Positions 58,852 to 64,000 of a DNA stretch of 64,000 bases are shown one piece after another (the stretch's first letter is position 1; every line of letters starts with the position of its first letter). The stretch comes from Aplysia californica (lineage: Eukaryota), in contig NW_004797342.1 in the NCBI RefSeq assembly GCF_000002075.1, positions 757,062-821,061 of the forward strand, written 5' to 3'. The notes below the pieces were generated by a model. That model made no database searches and was not told where the DNA came from. It saw only the letters and a list, made by a program, of their open reading frames with translations. A program made the translations under genes and the position numbers.

Positions 58852-61800
58852 GCGTTGAACGTACCGAAATACCAGACTGTATGAATAAACAATATTTTTG
58901 ATCTTAGCCCTGTCTATTTTGAGTTTCTTTTACTTCTCAAAACAAGTGTCCTTCTTCACATACACTTCCTTGTAATTGGATTAGACCGGAAAGAAGCACA
59001 CCATCTCTGCCAAATATACGACAAAACTATCAGAAGCTGAACTCATGCGGAGAAAAGTAAATAATTAGAACAATACTTTTACTTCCCCAGCTTTGCTGTA
59101 AAAATTGAATACACTCAACGTTTCGAGAAACATAATTTTATTTCTTTCTAATACAAACGAGCCCTGTTGCCAACAAAACTTAAGTCCTAATCTAATTATT
59201 TAGACGTCAGAAAGCCAGAAGATTTTGCGTCCATGAAATCCAATGGTTTCAATCAAATCTGCCCGAAAGTTGGCGTGACAGACAAATCCAAGCAAATGAT
59301 CGTATTAGGTAACATTTGGGCCAGCCGATGGCTATATGTTCATTCAGATGGGGAACGATTCTTGCCACTCCATTCCATATTAAGCACTACAATGTCGATC
59401 CCATAGCTTTGATTAGAAAGCATCACAACTTTTCAGCATTCGTGACCTTCCACAAGAAAACATACTATAGAACACAGTTTTTGGTTGCTTTAGGTTAAAT
59501 CAATAAAAAATTTCCGAGAAACATTATGTTTCTTTCACTACTCAGAGCAGTACGAGTTAAGCATGTGTGGTATCATTCTAGAATTCCAGAAACACCATAA
59601 TAGAACATTTCTTCTGTAATTATAGGAAAGAAGAACCTATTCACATTAGTAAATATGGAAAGAAACATGTCCAGTCAGTCTTCATGTGGCACGCTATTAT
59701 GTTGTTTTAAAACTAAAACTGGTCTCAATGGCACTATCTCGACTAGTTTCAACAGACAATCCAAGGGAAGGTGCTCTGTTAATTTATTTCACTCTTCTGC
59801 TTTATTTTGAAGATAGTGAAAATGGTTGCACTTTGGTCTGGTTGCACACAGGGAAGTTTACCCCTATATTTTTAAAAAAGTAGTCCTCAAGTTTTCCTCA
59901 CCGATATCACATTTGTAACATTTGGAGAGGGGCTAGGGAGGGCAGAAGGAAGGGACGATTTAAAGAAGAATGAAGCAGATAATGAGAACAGGAGCAGTGG
60001 GCAAGGAACATACATAATAGAGAGGTGCAATTCCCAAACAAAACAAAAACAAGAGAGTAGACCCTGCGATGTGATAGAGGAAAGCTACAAGTAAATATTA
60101 TGCTCAAACCTGTGATCTTCTTGGGGGAGTTGGGGATCACACTGGCTTTCTGTCCTCAGCCTTTTTTAGCCTCTCTTGACGGAAAAACTCATTGCTGAAT
60201 AAGCCGATATTGATACAGATTCCAGGGAGAACATTTTTCGTTTTATTTCTGCCTCAGATTCTTCTCCCATTGGAGTTTACAAGAATAAATATCAGACTGT
60301 AATTCAATATCAATAGCTCACCCTAGCTAGCAAAAACTTTCTTAACGTTTTCCTCGCTAATAAAGGTAAATTGCTTGATAGAGTTTGTGATCTTGATTTG
60401 AACTCCAAGAGATTGAGAAATTACAAATAACGTCCACAAACACGACCTGATTAAATGTAACGGTAAAAACAATATACCCTTTTTCTGTAGGGTTTTTTAA
60501 TTCTATTATTAATTACTATTTTGCACTAACCCAGCCAGTACGTTTTTATTTTATGATTTTAAAATTATGTTCCCTGCATGACGACTCGAACGTCCGTATG
60601 TTTAAATGCTTGCTTATTTCTCTTGGTGTACAATCGTTGATTCCACCAGCACGTCCTTTGCTACTTTGTCTAATGCTTTTGGAAGACGAGCGTGTCTTGA
60701 ATTGATTATGATGTTAAGTGCTGCTATGTAACCATGACCTATGCACGCGTGCGTGAGCAAGAATTGTCAGTGTACTTTTTGTGCCCCTCGTAGCGTTTCT
60801 GTATAAATCGACGTTTCGCAGTTTTGTTACATCCATAATCAATACACGCCCTCTTGTTTTAGTGTGCATTGTTCACACTATAAAATAAAAGAATAGCAAC
60901 TCAAATTTCACTCACCGCCCCAAAAATTGGGCAAAAATGAGCGACCAGACATACTTCTTGTCAATTGATAATACGAAAATGAAATGCTCTACAATTTAAC
61001 CGTTTTCGGAAGTCGAATTCTATCGAACAACGATGACCCGAACGTGCCAAAACTGTATAATTTTATAGAAAATGCCACTATTTTTAGATGTTTAAAGAAA
61101 ACGATTCTGCTTCTCCGTCCGTGTCACTGGAAATAAAGTACACTATAATTATCGCGTTGCCAAGATTTGTTTGCGGTCAACTACTCTTCTATTTCAATGT
61201 TTGTAGAGAGTGGGAATTCGACCGACAAGTAAGTCTTCCTGCTTGGTCGAGTTAGAAAAACATGACTGGCCTGCGCACATACATGTATTTCTAGCGAAGT
61301 TGAGAAATAACAAACTTAGATCTCAAATTATTAACTTAACCGAAAAGCAACCCCCCCCCTTCCAATCCCCGTCCAAAGCCCTTCTCTGAAAATAGGGCCT
61401 GATGCCCCTAACAAATGAACTCTCTTGCTGTGCGTGCATAAATTGAGTGTGGTAAGGTCAAGTTTTCATCAATTCCGCAAAACAAAAAAATGTTGCTGAT
61501 TAAGGCCGTCGTCGTTATACTGCAAGATCGGACAGCATTGACTCCGTTTTACAGACCTGCGGTCGTTAGTTATTTTTTGCCTCCGCCCGTTGCCATCCAT
61601 ATGAATTATTTTTTCGGACATCAAGTGGTGTAGACTTTTGCCTTACTATTTCTGCTTTGGTATATTTGAGTAGAACGTGTGAATTGCAGCTTTTTTGCTC
61701 TTAATTTATTGATATTTTTGTTCAATTCATAAGAAGTTATTCTATACCTGTTTCTGAAAGTGCACTTTCAAGACTTCGAAGCCATTTTTGGGGTAAAATT

Positions 61801-62069
61801 TTAATGTCTTTCAACTATTAAGTTGTTACACGTGTTCAAAGAGTAGACAGCAGGCACTTGAACTGAAATTTAAACACTTATTGCAACAATTACTTCGCTT
61901 GAGAATGGCGATTTTAATTGCCTTTGGGATCCAGGTACCATCAATTTCACCCCTCAGAGATATCACTCAGGCTTGATCAGAATAATAGGACGGTAAAAAT
62001 AAAAGTCAGCTTTTGTATACAGCAAATTCCCGCTCAACAGAAAGCTCTATACACTTTAAAGTCAATATA

Positions 62070-62275
62070 TTATTCTGTACCCCAGCAGACCTGACAACAT
62101 TCTGAAACAATCTCAACTTCCTGAGAAGCTGCAAGCTGCCCTTTTACAGGCGCTAAAACACTAACATACTGACATGATCTTTCACTGTCTATAGCAGTGT
62201 ACCCATTTCCACCTGGGTGAAGTGAGTCGAATTCGTGTGATGTGTCTTTCCCAAAGCACGCCCGGTCCTGGGGCA
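62070..62275 (-). mobile_element. Partial CORE-SINE (same family as 62425-62779)
   Basis: Shared GATCTTTCACTGTCTATAGC...GTACCCATT...CCTGGGTGAAGTGAG. Confidence 0.75.
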
Positions 62276-62424
62276 TTTAGAAATGTATTTAGAAAGTTAT
62301 ACTAACTGGTGGCAAGTTGACAGGCATAATCATTATCAGTCCTGCTAGACTGACACTATAATTGGGTGAATAAATTTGTTGAAGTGAGCGGATGCAGGAC
62401 AGATACATTGATTATGACATTTTA

Positions 62425-62779
62425 TAATAATAATAATAAAAAATAACATAATTTGTATAGCGCATACCCCCGCTCGACAGCAAGCTCCATGCGCTTTACA
62501 CTAAAATATTGCCCCAGCAGACCGACCATAGGGCACTGAGACACATTAACAAATTCCTGGGAAGCAGACAGCGCAAGCAGCTGATTAAGCGCTCAAACAT
62601 TAACAAACGGACACGATCTTTCACTGTCTATAGCTGGGTACCCATTCCTACCTGGGTGAAGTGAGGAAAATTCGTGTAAAGTGCCTTTGCTAAAGACCCA
62701 ACGTCGGCCCCTTACGGGTTTCGAACCCACGACCTTAGGATTGTGAGCCTGAGAGCCTAACTACTAGGACACCGACACC
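62425..62779 (-). mobile_element. Full-length tRNA-derived CORE-SINE with an L2-type tail and 8-bp TSD
   Basis: B box GGTTCGAAACC; CORE ...GGCACTTTACACG...CACCCAGGTAGGAATGGGTACC; tail TGTAAAGCGC...GCGCTATACAAAT then (TTA)n; TSD ACATTTTA at 62417-62424 and 62780-62787. Confidence 0.9.
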
Positions 62780-64000
62780 ACATTTTAGAGACTGGAAATA
62801 TTTGGTTGTACTCTCAACTATATCACTAACGGGTCTGTATATTTGAGGCTTTTTAATTCATGCAGGGGCCTCTGAAATTTGATCAACTTGTAGTGCTGAA
62901 CGTTTACCGAATATAGGAACAAATACTCAGACTAAAATTGTAGCTAGATCTATCACTGGGAATGAGAAAGTTATGAACATAGCGACTAACTTTTTGAGTA
63001 ATCTTTATACCCAGTTTAATCATTAATCTTGTCCATTCAACATAAAAAGAACCTTCTGGAGTGTCCCATCGAAGAATGCAATGAAAAAGCTTCAACAATT
63101 TACAACAGGAAGGGAAAAAGGGGGGGGGGGTTATTGTCATTAGTCTACAGTGATCACAAGTTTGCCGAAGGGAGATTAATACTCAAAAGTACACCGAAGT
63201 TAAAAAATATAATAGATGAAACATTTCACAGGCTGCGGAATAGATTCAAACCGAAACTTGAAGCATTCCGAATCAATGCTACTTCATCTAGGCAAACACA
63301 ATAATATGAAACTATTAGTGATTGACCTAGAACAATACCATTTATATATCGAGCGTGAAAATGCTGAAGTTAATGTCAGCTTCGAATTATTCGGCAGGTT
63401 TTCTGCAGGAAAAAAATGCGGAAAAACAAGAATACCTTGGGGCTGTGGTGTTGGGATAGGAAGTTTGGTTTGGGGGGGGGATGCAAGTGGGGCAAGTGAT
63501 GGGGATTACAGTGGGGCGTAGAAGGTGACAACGTTCTTTCAGGACGTGTGAAGCGCAGGTCTTCACAGACGGGGGAAAAAGGAGGGGAAGGGATGCGGAG
63601 GGGAGGTGATTATCACCTGAGAGGATGGCATAGTGAATCTGTCAGGGGTACAAGTGGCCGTTGAGTGGTGGGTATGACCCACTGATTTATTGATTGGTCT
63701 CTATTAAGCACTATCACTCGGTCAGCGGGCATTTTGTCTTACAGACCCGTACTGCACAGTCATTTCCGAGCGTAGTGCGTTCATTCAGAAACATTGTCTA
63801 TAACGTCATCTTATCTCAGCCCTTTCTACTACATCAGTCATATTGTTCTCTTGCTTAGTAGCAGGGTAGAGTTAAGTGTGCGAAACTTTGAAGCAATAAA
63901 ATGTTTTTCTTCAGCTTTAGATTGGACTGTATAGAAAAAAAAGACTTCAGAAGTGCCTCGGGGCCGGTTGCGAACGACGATAGCGATAACTTGTAAGCAC

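Noticed and set aside
63029-63521. Two overlapping ORFs of about 90-100 aa
   Set aside because: No domain recognised and no splice support; probably chance or very old LINE debris

Overview
This is AT-rich animal genomic DNA from a draft assembly, with many N gaps next to microsatellites. The repeat content (Meta/MESC- and CORE-type tRNA SINEs, RTE LINEs, TAGATC and TAGGCCTA motifs) suggests a mollusc, probably a gastropod; that is an inference. The only well-supported protein-coding gene is an 11-exon minus-strand FBXL18 orthologue (F-box/LRR protein 18). It runs from the ATG at 32760 to the TGA at 16676, gives a 2247-nt CDS (748 aa), and every intron is GT-AG and phase-consistent. The rest is transposon debris: a decayed RTE LINE nested in an older Rex/L2-like LINE tail, several SINE families sharing one 3' tail, and non-autonomous TIR elements (Tc1/mariner-, piggyBac-, Kolobok- and P-like, plus unclassified ones). 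There are also two orphan promoter-like regions near 10.9 kb and 44.6 kb. I found no convincing new multi-gene system. The most unusual items are possible unproductive-splicing controls in FBXL18, an in-frame intronic echo of its C-terminal motif, a 34-bp mini-MITE with a 7-bp TSD, a CLEAR-box promoter cluster and over-represented palindromes.
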